A DNA stretch of 64,000 bases from the human T2T-CHM13v2.0 reference genome, Homo sapiens, in assembly GCF_009914755.1 (NCBI RefSeq), contig NC_060933.1, one strand, 5' to 3'. Below the pieces are notes generated by a model that ran no database searches, had not been told where the DNA came from, and saw only the letters and a program-made list of their open reading frames with translations. The position numbers and the translations under genes were made by a program. Of the stretch, positions 43,896-57,590 are shown piece after piece; position 1 is the first letter of the stretch, and each line of letters opens with the position of its first letter.

Positions 43896-44723
43896 GTTTG
43901 TTAATTTTTTACCATATATAATTACATTATTTACGTTATACTACATCTCTGCATTTTTTTTCTCCACTTAAAAATAAGCTATATGCAACCCCACAGGGAA
44001 ATGCACATGGTTATAATATGTAACCCACTAATTTTTAATACACATGTAATTACATATATATAATTTATATTATCAGAATTATATTTTACAGCCTTTCTTT
44101 TTAAGCTTGGCTTTCTATGTGCTCCTCCTCTCTTATTTTCCCTCCAACCAATTTGATACCAGGCTTTCCCCCCACCCCACTCACAACTAAGTAATCATGG
44201 CAACACCTTGATATAATTTTATGCATTTTTGCCATATTCAACATATATATGTACATACATATATGTTAGAATAGGTATGATTTATATATAGTATGTGTAT
44301 ATAAAGAAAGAATGCAAAGATGAGCAGTAATGTAAATACTATGTTTCTGTTTGTTAAAAATGAATACTACCATCTTGGTTCATTAAAAAAATAGGGTTGT
44401 ATTACATACACTTTTAACATCTTGAGTTTTTCAATAATACATTTGGGATATTCTCCAAGTAAGTTGTTGTAGCTATAACTGATATTTTACTTGCTTGAAA
44501 GTATTCTGCAGTTTGGACATATTCTGTAGTGTAGTGCAATGTTCATCCCCTCTAATACTGAATGGAATTTGCCTTTTTTCCAGTTTTTGACACTTGCAAC
44601 AATGTTAAAATAAGCATCCTTATATGAGTGGGTGTGTCTGTGAGTGTGTGTATGTAATTACATATACTTCCTGTGTATATAACATACACACACATATATA
44701 TCTATATATTTAGAGAGAGAGAG

Positions 44724-45163
44724 ATAATTAGTTTTCTATTGTCACTGTAACAATTTAGCACAAATTTAGTGGCTTAAAAACTTATTCTCTTATAATTCTG
44801 GAGATCAGAAGTCCTAAAATGGGTTGGCAGTTCCTTCTGGAAGCTGTAGAAGAGAAATTATTCCCTTGTCTTTTTCATCTTCTAGAAATTGCCTCATTCC
44901 TTAGCTGGTAGTCCCTTCCTTACATCACTGCAAACTCTTGCTTTCATAATCACATATCCTATTTTTTAACTCTGGTCCTCTTTGCTCTCTTCTAAAGACC
45001 CTTGTGATTCCATTGTGTGCACACAGATAAATTAGGATAACCTCCCCATCTCAAGATCCTTAATTTAATCACGTATACAGGGCCCTTTTTATTATGTAAG
45101 GTAACCTATTCACAGGTCTGGACATCAAGTCATGAATATGCTTGGGGGTCAGCTTTTCACACA
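44724..45163 (-). mobile_element. MLT1C-like solo LTR
   Basis: ttagtggcttaaaaac..ttctggagatcagaagtcc...ctccccatctcaagatccttaatttaatcac..tgtaaggtaacctattcacagg. Confidence 0.8.
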
Positions 45164-45228
45164 AATAGATGTTTATGTTTCACTTCCAAAAGATAGATGA
45201 ACTGGACTGGAAATTCTGAGTTGAATAT

Positions 45229-45565
45229 TATGGTGGATTCCTTTATTACTCAGCAAATATTAACTCTGTTCCTCCCCATACCTAAGGTTTGAGTGCATTT
45301 TCCCATCTCAGTGAATTTGGACTTGTTATAATCAAAGGAATTTGACTTTAAAGCGTAAATTCTGAGCACCCTCTTGAGTTTTGCCCTACCTCGTGAGAAC
45401 AACAGGGCCTCGATAGTGACTACTTTTTGAGCCTAGTTTCCAGAAAGAGAAACAACCAAAAATAGCAGAGTCATGGTAATCCTCAGACCTAGAAAATAAG
45501 TGTTTGCTGTGAGTCACAGTGATTTGAGAGATTCTTTGCTATCACAACAAAAGCTGACTAACACA
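45229..45565 (+). mobile_element. MLT1I-like solo LTR
   Basis: 3' end aaataagtgtttgctgtgagtcacagtgatttg...aaagctgactaacaca. Confidence 0.65.
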
Positions 45566-46399
45566 TAGAATATGAATATAATTAGTTTTAGTAGATATTA
45601 CCAAATTGTTCTCCAAGTCCTATAACAATGCAAATTCATACAAACAATGTATGAGAGTATTTTTTCTTCTGAAACTCTGCTACTCTACTAGAAAGAAAAA
45701 ATGATCTCTTATTAAATGTTGCTAATGTGGTGGACCATAAAGGTATTGCTCAATATACTTGTAAGTTTTATTTCCTGGACTACAAAAAATATAAATATTA
45801 CTTCATATTTTCACTTACTATTTAGACTTGATAATGACAACTGCTTACTTTTCTTTAGTCCTTTTTCTTTAAATTTGTAATAAATTTCAAAAATGATTTC
45901 AAACCATTTCTTCTGTCATAAGGTTGGTAAATATTTTATATTTCTCCCAGTCTAATGTTAGCTACTTACTGTGTGTGTGCATGTGTGTATATATATATAT
46001 ATATATAATATTCTATAATTAACAACACACACTATATATACATATGTAATATTCTAATTTTTTATTAAACAAATACGTTTGTTTTTATTTCCTCCCTTTA
46101 CTTTCTTGATTATGAAGGTTTTCCCTATGCTTAAAATGTCTTGTGATACTTTTATTTAGTTAATCATTTATTTTTGTATTTAAGCTTCTAAACCATCTGG
46201 AATTTATTTTATCTATGATGTGAAACAGACTCAAACTTAATTTTCTTCCAGATGGGTAGCCAGTTGTGCCAGCATCATTTAGTTTAACCATTCTTTTCTC
46301 CAACATTAATATGCTGCCTTTGTTCCATTTTAAATTCTCATATAAATATTTTGACTTATTTTAGGATTTTGAATGTATATTTCATGTCATGAAATTTTC

Positions 46400-46770
46400 T
46401 AAGTCCTAAAGTTCTAATACATAACAAAAGAACTAAATTTCCCGTTCTCATTGAGTTTATAGTCTAGATGGAAAAATCAGAAAATAACAACTGGCTAGCT
46501 AAATATATAAATAAAGATTTGATGGTAATAGAGTAACGTAGGAGATAAAGATTCAAGAATGTTCTTTTAGAAAGGGGGCCCAGTGATGTCCTTTTTCATA
46601 AAATGACATTTGAACAGACACCTGAATGGAGCTGAAGAGCAATTTATGTGTATGTCTAATAGCAAAGCTTTTGAAGTAGAGGGAACAGCACATGTAAGCG
46701 TCCTTAAACCGGAATATACCTGGCATGCTTTATCTAAAAAATGGCAAGGCTAATGTGACTGCATAATGTG
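46400..46770 (-). mobile_element. L2 fragment
   Basis: tgacatttgaacagacacctgaatgga...agagggaacagcacatgtaa. Confidence 0.6.
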
Positions 46771-48125
46771 TCAGAATACATAGTCAATTATCAGCCTAGA
46801 CAAACTAATTCATTTTCTATTCTTATTCCAATATTCTGAGTTAAACACAGGGCTATTATAATACATTCTAATATCAGTAAGGCAAGGCAACATTTGCTAT
46901 TCTTCTTTTGATGCTTTTCTTGTATAGTATTTAAGACTTTATATAAACTTTAACATCATTTTCAAATGGTCTTCTTTGCCTAATAAATAAGCGATGAATA
47001 TATACTTAGATAGAAAGATAAAATTTACATGGGGTCCTTCCAATTGGAATTGACTTAATTTTTATATTATACTTTAATCTCATATTTTATATTAATTACT
47101 TTAATATTGGTCCATTATTGTAATGTGTCTTCGCATACAAAGGCATGCCATTCTTTTTAACAGGTTTTCGTTTTATTTCGTTTTGTTTCATTTGTATCTT
47201 TCACTAAAATTATATAGGGATCCTGTTCCTTTATGTTAAATTTATTTCTAATCATTTTATAAATTGGTGGCTATTTTAATTATTTTTTGATTGCCCTTTT
47301 CCATTGCTTATTGCAAGAATAGAAAGAATATGCTTATTTTGTACATTTATTTTATATCCAGCCACCTTACCAAATCTCTTATTATTTCTTAGTTTTTTTT
47401 TTTAACTGAAACTTGAGGTTCTCTATGTATATAACCTTGTTAAAGCAAAAGAATTTTAAATCTATTGTCATCAAATATTTAATTAAAATTATTTAATTTT
47501 TCTGCTTTTGATATTTGGTAGAATACAAAACATCTTTGAGTGCTAATGTAGGTAGCAGTCATTTTTTTTCATTTTCCTGATATTTATCATATTACATAAT
47601 CTTACTCAATTGTTATTTAACTACAATTTCTTAAGAATGGTTCATGAATTTATTAAATATCTTTTTAGAATCTTTCACTATATTCAGCTAGTTTTCTTCC
47701 TTCGTACGATAATATAGAGAATTATGTTGATATATTAGAATGAACCTTACATTCAAAGAATAAATCCAGCTTCAAAATGATTTTCTAAATATTTTCTATT
47801 ATTTGTTTAATTTTTTTCTTCTATATTTATTTATTTTTCCTATTTTGAGACTTCTACTAATGGTGTACTAAAGATCTTGTATTTTTATCAAAGTCACTTA
47901 TAGCTGCATTCTTGATTTTTATTACCTTATGTATTTTACTTTGTGATTTTTTTCTGTGTTCTCTATTACTCTCACATATTAGTTACTGGAAAAGTGATGT
48001 TTTATAATATTAAATAATCTTATCCAAGGGTATATATTGCAATAAGATTGTATATGATTATACATATTTTTTTCTTTAATAATGTTTTAGTTGTTTAGGC
48101 TGACTTCTTTTCACCTCCAACTCTG

Positions 48126-48201
48126 TTTTGTTTTCTGTGCTTCCTCTCTATCTAGTTGCAGACTTTTGTTTTCTGTGCTTCCTCTCTATCTAGTTGCAGA
48201 C
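48126..48201. repeat. Perfect 38-bp tandem duplication
   Basis: ttttgttttctgtgcttcctctctatctagttgcagac occurs twice in a row. Confidence 0.97.
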
Positions 48202-48999
48202 CCTACTGGGTGTCTTGTTATGTTCTTTTGACTGCTCCCTGGAGCTCCCGTGAAACCTTAAGTAGGGGAGGCTAATGAGATGGGAAGTGCGTAAATATTT
48301 GGCCTGTAGAACAATGCATAGTTGCAGCTGATAGTCCATGCCCTGATAGAAAGCAGGGCCCAGACTCTTGTGTTCCCTAGTCTTCTCTTCTCTTCTCACT
48401 TCAAATATTCCTCTCCCAAGTATGCCAGCAGATACAACACACTAAGCATGACCCATATAAACCTACACCTCTGGAGGTTCAAAAGACATGGTGGGTCAAC
48501 AATTCACAATGATCGCCCACTAGTCTCTAGGCTTTCTTTTGACTTGAAGGGGAATCCATTCCTCATATTTGTTTCCACTAGGATTGTGAGAAAAGCTGAG
48601 GCTTGACAACACTCTCTAGATGCTGCATATCTGCTTGTCCTAGTTCTGCTCATCACAGTAGCATATTCAAGGCACCATTTTGAAGAACCTTTTTAAGGCT
48701 TAGTTTTGGAGGGAATAAAACATATTAGAAATCAGGCCATTTCTGGAAACAGTGTACATGTTGTCCCGCCTTTGCCAAGTCATGAGACATTAATGAAATG
48801 TATTACTTTTGTGTCACATATTACTCAATATTATTATTTTATTATTATTTTTCAAATTTAGAAGCACTATTTCCATAGTTATGCATACCTTTATGAACAT
48901 TTTTCTCTCATGAGACAGAGAATGAGAGAGACTCATTTTCTTTTAAAAGAAAAAATATGTTGAATTATTTGCTACATGTAAACATTTTATTAATAATAA

Positions 49000-49485
49000 T
49001 CTCTCTTATCTGCATGCTTTAAAGTCACTTTCAAGACTCCTGACATAAATTATCTTATTTGATTCCCACCATGATTCAGTAATATAAGGGCATAATAATA
49101 ATAACAGTTGTAAATCATGAAATGCTTATTACTTAGTATATCTTATACAAACAATTATCACCAACTCTTTGGAGAATGTACTATTATTACCCACATCTTA
49201 CAGACGAGAAAAATAAAATATAGGAGTATTAAGGAAGTTGCCCAAAATTATGTCTCTAATTAGTGGTGGAACTAGAAATTGGTATCCTCAAATTCTAATT
49301 ATGGAATATGCACCCTTAACTACCATGTAATCATACAAGATAAATGTTACCATTCATATTTATAGATCAGGAAACTGGTGGAATCAGCTGGTTTGCTTGC
49401 TCACGATCACTTAGAAAGTAAATGGTGAAGAATAGACTAGAAATCCTGTCTTCTGATTTGACATACACATTTCTCTCCAGATTAT
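49000..49485 (-). mobile_element. Adjacent or nested MIR copies
   Basis: cttacagacgagaaaaataaa and tttatagatcaggaaactgg cores. Confidence 0.6.
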
Positions 49486-49896
49486 AATATGTAACTAGTA
49501 TACCCTGTCCCACTGTAGGCACTAATCAGTGTGCAATCATTGAGATCCATCTGGAGATATTACAATACCATTTAATTTAGCCATGGTTAAAATTAAGTTT
49601 CTTAAGGGATTCATATATGTATTTCTTAGGCATTCTGGAATAGGAAGAATTCTTTTAGTGTTATTACTGGTGCTGCAGCTGCTGTAGGTTAATCTTATTA
49701 TAGCTGTTATCTTTTGATTTCATTTAGAATTTTTTTCTCTTTTTATATAGATTTTGACAAATAAGAAAAAATAAATTCAGTTGCAAAGCTTTTGTAAAAT
49801 GCAAGCTGATTTCTGCCATTATAAAGAAAACGTCAACAAAAAAGCAAATGGAATGATTTTTAAAATTTAAATTGAGTCAAGTTTCAGAAATGTGAG

Positions 49897-50110
49897 TTCA
49901 TTCAAGTCAATGAGTATTCACTGAGTTGTTATGACATGCTGGGCACAATGCTAGGCACAGTGGGAGGTAAAAAGATTATAAAAGTAGTCTCTGCCTTTAG
50001 GGGGCTCTGATTCAATGGAAGAGACAGGAATGTACACAAATAATCTTAATATTAGCCAGACTGTTATAAATGTCATAACAAAGGGACTGAGAAAGTGCAA
50101 TAGGGATATA
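49897..50110 (-). mobile_element. L2 3' end
   Basis: ttcattcaagtcaatgagtattcactgag...gctgggcacaatgctaggcac. Confidence 0.65.
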
Positions 50111-50734
50111 AAAGAAAGATATTATCTCCAACTGGGCGAACTTGAGCAAACAAATAAACTCCACAGCTGGTGCAATAAAATGTGATTTCAAGAAAAAATA
50201 CTTTAGTTTTAATTGCTTTCAATGATATTAGGCAAGTTGCCAAAAAAAATGTTTTCTTCAACATCAAGTTATATCTCAAGAATATCACTTTAAGAAGTTG
50301 AACTACTCATTTTGATATTTTAGAATAAAATATCCAATGTGAAAGTTACCTGAGTGGTTAGTTTTAATAGCCTATTTGTTTTTCAATGGTACAAACTAAC
50401 TTTGTAGACAGAGAAAGTACTTTCCAAAGGTAACACAGGACAGACCACTGAGTAGTTCAAATTAAGATACGGGTCACATGACTTTGGCTGAGCCTCTTTT
50501 CTATTTCACTGGAATCCTCCTCTCTAGCTTTTATTTCTTCATTCGTGCATCCCTCTTCACAAATATCAAGAAGATTTTACTCTGTGTCATACACTGGGTT
50601 CCTGCCCTATTGAGATCAGAATGGGCTCTCTTGTTTGAAATCATGACGAGTCACGTGAAATTTCAATCACCATTAATTCAGCATAGATCATAATGTGCTG
50701 TCTTTTGTGTATTTATTTCAACTCTAATGCGTGG

Positions 50735-50970
50735 TTATTATGTGGTGATTAAGCAAAGGTGCTGCAGACTCGGATGGCCTGGATTCAAATCACAGATACA
50801 CCACTAGCTAATTTTAGAAAAAAATTCCTTAAAACTCTATGCTTCTATGACTCATGTTTAAAATGGGGAGAATAATAGTGCCAGCTTCATAGTTTGTTGC
50901 AAAGTTTAAGTAATCGAATAGGTGTTAAAAATTTAGAACAGTGCCTGGAGCAAAGTAAGAATACTCATTG
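50735..50970 (+). mobile_element. MIR
   Basis: gcctggattcaaatc...aaaatggggagaataatagtgcc...ttagaacagtgcctgg. Confidence 0.75.
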
Positions 50971-51429
50971 CTTTTTCTGTGCTTTACTTTCCTCCACTTT
51001 AGGAGGAAATTGTTAGAAGAAGGTGGTGAAGATGGTAATGAACAGGTATTTGAGTAGTCAAATGTCCCACATTTGAACTTTAATAACAAAATTTAATAGT
51101 TTTGTCAACTGACTATCCATGAATTACTAGTACCATTACCTTTGCTCTTAGACATATGAAGAAACTAGAGCTTAGAGAAGTCACATAATTTCATAGAAGA
51201 CACAGATAACAAGATTTAGAGGAATTTTTTCAAGTTTTTAGTTGCTGGGATTCTGTCTGATTATGTATGCCACCAGATAATTCTAAAAATTATTAATTTT
51301 AGATTCTAGCTTTCAGTATAGAGATCTTTTAAAATATTGCCTCTGGAAAGGCAAGTTGAATTTTTATATACACCGGAAAATAAATGTAAGCAATGTAAAC
51401 ATATGGCTATCGATTCCTTATTTCATGGC

Positions 51430-51962
51430 TCCATTTCATGCATCTCCTCATTCTCTAAGTTTAACCGTGATGATTATTTTTCTTTTCCAATCCTTGAATA
51501 GGTCATGCTGCTTCTGACCTCTTTACTTGTATACATGTTTGTTTGCTCTCTGCTTATTTCAGTTCTACCCACTCTTTCCAACTTACAAATACACAGAAAC
51601 AAATACCTTGCCCCTACCTTTGCCCATCTGGTTTCTACAGGTTACGCTCAACCACAAATTTAACATCAAATTATCTCGGCCACTTTCCCTGCCTCCCTCC
51701 ATAATCTGTTTGGATGTCTTCCTCTGTCTTCTGCATTGCCTTATTTCCCTTTACCATTGCACTTATTGTGCTATATAAACCATACTGTAGTTGTCTAAGT
51801 GTCTTTATCTCTTACTAAATTATATACTCCCTAAGAATTGGGACTGAGTACCTTGCATTTACTGTTTAAATTCCATGCCTCATTCAGTTGATCCTGAATT
51901 GCACCTCCCTCAATAAGTATTTGATGAATAAAAGATTGACATAGTGAATGAATGAATGAAAA
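51430..51962 (+). mobile_element. L2 3' part
   Basis: ends ctcaataagtatttgatgaata...gaatgaatgaatgaa. Confidence 0.6.
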
Positions 51963-52829
51963 ACTGTATTTGTCATTAGACTTCCATACTAAAAGCTACA
52001 ACAAAATCTCCATCTCCGACAGCAACAAATAAAATTGATAGAAAGAGTTAAGTAACTATGTATCTTCAAAGGATTTTTAAAATACTTGGCATAGATAAAT
52101 CATTTTTTAAAAAGCTTACTCTCGAATGTAAGCCCATTTGTAAATTACAACATTCATTTCCCCACATTTGCTTACCTTGGACTAGAAAGACACTGAAATG
52201 CCATTTTTAGGACAGAGCTCTCATCCAGAGATTTGTACATAATTCATAGTTTAAGTTCTGCAAGTTTGCATAATAAATAGTTTAAATACTGCAGCAACAG
52301 AGCTGGAGAGGAAATTAGGATTCTGAATGAAAAAGTTAATTATACCTCCAAGGAGTTTTTTTTTTTTTTTTGCAATACATTAAAAACAAGCTTAGAAGAG
52401 GATAATTTAGGCTAAAAAGAGATGGAAATGAAGAAGATTATGGGAGTGGTGATAACTGACAAGTTGTCTTATTAAGTGGGGGTAATTAGGCTAAATTAAT
52501 TTTAAAATTGTAGTAGTGCATTCTGGATCAACAATAGCGTAGATAATTTCCGGGGCTAATGATCTTGCAGCTGGGGTCCTTTCTGTTAGATGGACTCTGT
52601 TCTTGACATTATTGGCCATTTTCTCTGCTTTACCCATTCTATTTAGGTAACCTGGGGGGTATAGTTTAAAACTGGAATTCCCACCCATTTAGCTAGGCTG
52701 CCAAAACAGATCAAAGAACAAGCGATTCTCATCAAGGAAAAGTGGCGTTTTGTGAAAAGACATCACAGGATATTTCTTCATCTATTTGTATATCTGTTCA
52801 TCTGCCTAGCCAAGATATGAATACTATTA

Positions 52830-53085
52830 CTACTAATAATAAATAGTATTAGTATATAATTTTCAAAGAATTTAATATAGGTCTTGGTACTGTACTATGT
52901 CACATACATTATCTTGTTAATTTAAAAACAAACAAAAAAAAGCCCTGTAAAATGCACACAAAAACATTAAACCCAAACTAAGGACTCAGAGCAATGAAGT
53001 GTCCTGCCCAAGAACAATCAATTAATTAATAATTGGCAGATTTGGGGTCTGCTCCCCAGCAGGATGACACTAGTGCCACTGCACA
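52830..53085 (-). mobile_element. MIR
   Basis: aaactaaggactcagagcaatgaagtgtcctgcccaag. Confidence 0.55.
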
Positions 53086-53749
53086 CCCATTTGCCTTATG
53101 CTGGTGTCAAGAACAGAAACCATCACTTGAAGATTTTGTAATCTGAGAAGCAGAGACATGAATAGTGGGAAAGATTCACCTTTAAAAATGAATATTGGAG
53201 CATAGGGAAGAGAGAAAAAAATTAATAAAAAAAAAGAAACAGAGGGCTTAGACTCTAGTCTTAAATAATCATGACATAGCTTGTGAAGTTGAGTTTATTA
53301 TGTGACCATTATAGCCGTCATATTCCATTATGTAAAAGGAGGCAAATAACAAGACTTTTAACTTACTGAAAAGACATTCCAATCATGGTGATAACTCATT
53401 CCTGTCTAAGGGAATGCCCCTTCAAGTCCCTCCTATGGATAACTGTCTCTGTTCACATCCCCTGCTGAAAGAACAGCACAATAGCCTTGATTTCCAGCAT
53501 GGAACAGGCTAACATTTCCTACCCCTATGCTTGTCCACCACAACTGCTCTAGATAGAGCAACCAACTTATATGCAAACTGGAAGAGTATGAGTTAGCTTG
53601 GTAGGAAAATTTCTACTCAGAGTCACACCCTTACTCTTGGAAATGTGTACTGCAAAATCAGATTAAATGAGGCAGTTGATACCTTGATTTTTCTCTATCA
53701 GCGCACAGTCTGTGCACCACCAAAGGCTGGCAGATCTTACTTAAAAAGA

Positions 53750-54478
53750 GACTGAATCTGCCCACTTCCTACCACCTCTTCTTCTACTGCCCCCTTTGTA
53801 GCCATCAGCATCTCTCCTGTGAATTATTCCATTATCTTCTGCCCTTGCCTCAACTAGATTTATTTTTAGCATAGCAGCCAGAATGTAATTCCTTTGTTCA
53901 ATAGCTTCCCATTCCTCTCAAAGTAAACCAGAGCATTTAAGATAGTTTGCAAGGCTCTCCACAACCTGGATCCCTGCCTTACCTATTTAACCTCACTTCC
54001 AAAAACTGCTGCCCTCCCTGCTCATTTCACTCCAGCCACTCTGGCCTCTGTTTTTCTCCTTAATGTTCCGACCACTTGCTCCCATGCAAGGACCTTCACA
54101 TTCATTTTTAATTTCCTTTACAATGTTCTTCTCTGACATATCTGCATGACTCACTCTCTTGCCTCATAAAGGTCTTTGTCAAATTTCACCTTCTCAGGAA
54201 GACCTCTGACCACTCTGTTAAAAACTGTAAACACTTATCCCCACCCAGGTCACTTCTCATCCTCTGTCCCTGCTTGACTTGTCTCTATCGTGTGGATTAT
54301 CCTCTAATCTAGTAGGTTATTTACTGTCTATATCTCCTACCTAGAATGCAAAGTGTCTGTAAGCAGGGGTTATTGTCTGTTCATGACATTAATGTATCAC
54401 TAGCATGGCAGACATTGCTGTTACACAATAAATATGTGTTAGATGTTGGTTGAATAAGTGAATAAATAAGTGAATGAA
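53750..54478 (+). mobile_element. L2a
   Basis: ctcatttcactccagccactctggcctc...ctagaatgcaaag...aataaatatgtgttagatgttggttgaataagtgaat. Confidence 0.8.
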
Positions 54479-54889
54479 AGGTGCAACGAGAAGCCAAAAG
54501 ACCAGCCATAAAAGGCTATTACTGAGTGATAGAGTTCAGCAAATAGAATCTACCAGACAGAATCTATGGCTATAGAGAGTAGATGTAAAGTATAGAATAA
54601 AGAAGTAGGTGAAAAAAACTAGAACAATGACGTCTTGGAGGGAGGAAGCACAGATTCGTGTTTTAAAGTCCAAGGAACCACCTTACACTCCAATTTTCCT
54701 GTGACCCAGCTTGCTATATGGAAACACCACTAAGATTTCAGATCAATCATAGTTACTCTTAAACTCCATCCTCTGCCTCAAGAGTCTACCTTAGATTCAG
54801 TCTTTGTTTTTAATACTTAAGCCCAAATAAACCTTTGCCAACAATTCTGAATTGTTTTGGCATGCGAAATGTTTTACCTGGCACCTGTA

Positions 54890-55095
54890 GGTATACCAAC
54901 TCATTGAGTAACTCATTGACTCTTCCTAGAAATGTTTCATCATAAACATTGTTATGACCATTTTACAAGAATCAGAATCTCCAAGAAGGTAAGTCATTTA
55001 CCAGAGTCCCACATGGTGTTGCAGCAGGCCTGAGATTACAGTGCAAACTTTCTGACCTCAAGATCGTGGTCTTGGCTGTTTTTCTACACTGCAGT
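54890..55095 (-). mobile_element. MIR
   Basis: ccattttacaagaatcagaatctccaagaaggtaagtcattt. Confidence 0.5.
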
Positions 55096-57384
55096 GCCTC
55101 TTCAGGGTTTTATGGGTAGCCTTTTTCTTCAAAGGTGCAACCACGTAATTGTCTATATGCATCCTTCTTATGATTCTGAAACTCTTTCAATTCTTGTGTC
55201 CTCACCTAGCATTACCTTTCAGAAACATTTAATTTGCTACCTTAATTTTTGATGGACCCATAGAGCTAGGGAAACGTAAATATCTTTGTTCCTTCTTTTA
55301 TCTTCTGAAGATGCCATTTTGCTTTTCTGCCCCCAACCCATATCTTCCAGTAAGTAACAAGCAGGATCATGGCCAGCGATGTATCAGGACATTCAGGAGC
55401 CAATTACACAGGGATGGAACAGACACTTGACAAGCAAGAGCACCCTTCTGGCCTTGATGGACAGCTGATCAGCAATTAAAGGGATGGCTTATGGCTTAAA
55501 GGAAAGAGTGCTACTTATCTCATGAGCACATACACATATATACATATAAAATACATCTTTCCAAAGTCTCTGAATCACACAAATATTGTCTTGGACCTCC
55601 TTCTTCATACATACGTTAGCTAATATAAATAGCTTGCCCAACGGCACACAGATCATCAGGATTCTGTTTCCTAATCTGCTCAATTGTTCTTTTCTGGTCG
55701 GTATGTTGTCTCTTGACTTTTGGAGATAAAACTCAGTTTTTGGCCTTATTTCCAAGACTCACCATGGTGTGAACATTCTCAGAGCTATCCTTCCTCTGTA
55801 TCCCAGCCTAGAAGCCACTTCTTCCATGAAGGCTTTCACTCTCATCATCCCTTTTATTTGATGCCTTCCTTTTATTAGTTCATGTTGCATTGTAATACCT
55901 CATTGCAACAACTATCATAGTCTGGAGGGTTGTAATTGTGATAGTGTTTCTATGATTTTCTGATTCCTACTGGAAAGATGCAAAGCTTTTCAACAAGAAC
56001 ATTGACTAAGAGGGGCCAGAAGCTATGACTTTCCCCCTCTGATCAGTATTCTTTCTATTTTTAACATTTTCCTGGATTCCTGATGCTTTCTGAATACATG
56101 AAATGGTGGACAAAACTAATAAGATTCCTGCTAATAATAATTTACCTTAGCTTACCTAATGACTTTGAACCAAAGGTAATCAGTAGAATTAAATAGAAAC
56201 ATAATCTCCCCTCATGAACTTTTAAGTATTCAATCAACCAGGCCCCAGGAGGTATTTCTACCAGATTTGTCAACTGGGAGAGATTAAACAAAGAAATAAC
56301 GACCACCACAAGAAAACCCAGCAATTATAATTCAGGCTTGAGAGCAGCTTTTCCAGTTGAGTTTAGTGCCAGTCCTCATTGTGTTCTCCTTGGTGGGGCC
56401 ACCCAACTCTCACCTCTGTTTGCCCATGTCTTCACCAGCCACACTCAGGTATAAGGAATAGATGAGCTTTCAACCAGTGATTTTGCCCTGCAGGAGCTAG
56501 GGAGAACAGCATCACTCCTAAACTAGCAAAGCTACAGAGTATGGACTTCCATATTTGCCCCTGGTAAGCGAACTTAAACATGATGATATTTCTCAAACAT
56601 GCTTACTTTCTTTTTCTTGAACCTACTACATATTCAACACTTTGCATATTCCAATCACACCATGAAGCTTTATTTTCATTATTTCATTTATACTTATGCC
56701 AGTGAGACAGGCATTGACCAGGAAATGTTAAGCCTGACCAATGAACTTGGCTGTCTGCCCCTGGGGTCCATGCTCTTGGTCCCCAGAATTGCATGGCAGC
56801 CATGAACTCCAGCTGGCTTGGCTGAATCCATGGCCTTTGTTTTTAATGAGCCTGGTTTTCCTTTGCCTAGCTCTGATCCTAATGCAAAGAGTCACAATGG
56901 TAGTCTCTATTCCACAGGGAACAGATGGCTCAGAATTTGGATTCTTCTGTCCTCTTTTGCCAAGACTTCTGATAATGTATCTCTTTAGAGACACATTCCT
57001 GCTCCAACAGATGCCTAAATTGCAGTGTTCCTGTAGGCACTGTGATTTAGACTGTCACCCTTCATCTTCCCACCATGCTTATCTTATTCCATAGCACACA
57101 TCATGGTCCAGACAATATCTTAGTTCCCTTTTCTGGTCTCTGCATTATTATACTATTATATTCCATCATGGATATGCCCAGAAAATGGGTTTGAAAATCT
57201 GGGATGGATCAGCTTTCAATGTTGTCTTTACTTTTTTGGCTGATATTTTCTGAACCTTCTCTTCCTTCCATGAGTATCTAGACCTGTCAGTGGGCTGGTG
57301 GATAGCATTGCTCTCTCTGAAAATGGCATAGACCCATCAAAGCCAAAGGGGAGGTGATTAGTTTATAATGCTAATCAGACAGAG

Positions 57385-57590
57385 GCATTTACCAAAGTGG
57401 TTATAAACATGAACTCTGGGCTCATATTACCTGTGTTCAAAACCAGGTACTACCATTTACCACCTGAATATAGGAGGCAGGCTATCTTATTTCTGTGAGC
57501 CCTAGAACCTATACCTGCAAAGTCCAGATTATAATGTCTCCTGGAGTTGCTAGTGGAATCTTGTAAAATGCTTCATATATTGTTTGGCTT
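57385..57590 (+). mobile_element. MIR
   Basis: gtggttataaacatgaactctgggctcatattacctgtgttcaaaacc. Confidence 0.6.

Larger units (their letters stand above)
44380..47850 (-). mobile_element. Highly decayed L1ME-like remnant with nested MLT1 and L2 pieces
   Basis: scattered antisense ORF2 motifs (ccatctggaatttatttt, ccagttgtgccagcatcattt, aaccttacattc..gaataaatcc). Confidence 0.55.

Noticed and set aside
49991-50008. CTCF-like cctttagggggctc
   Set aside because: Mismatch in the core and lies inside an L2 remnant
52170-52262. Minus-strand donor AAG|GTAAGC with a possible ~80-nt exon
   Set aside because: The acceptor lacks a polypyrimidine tract
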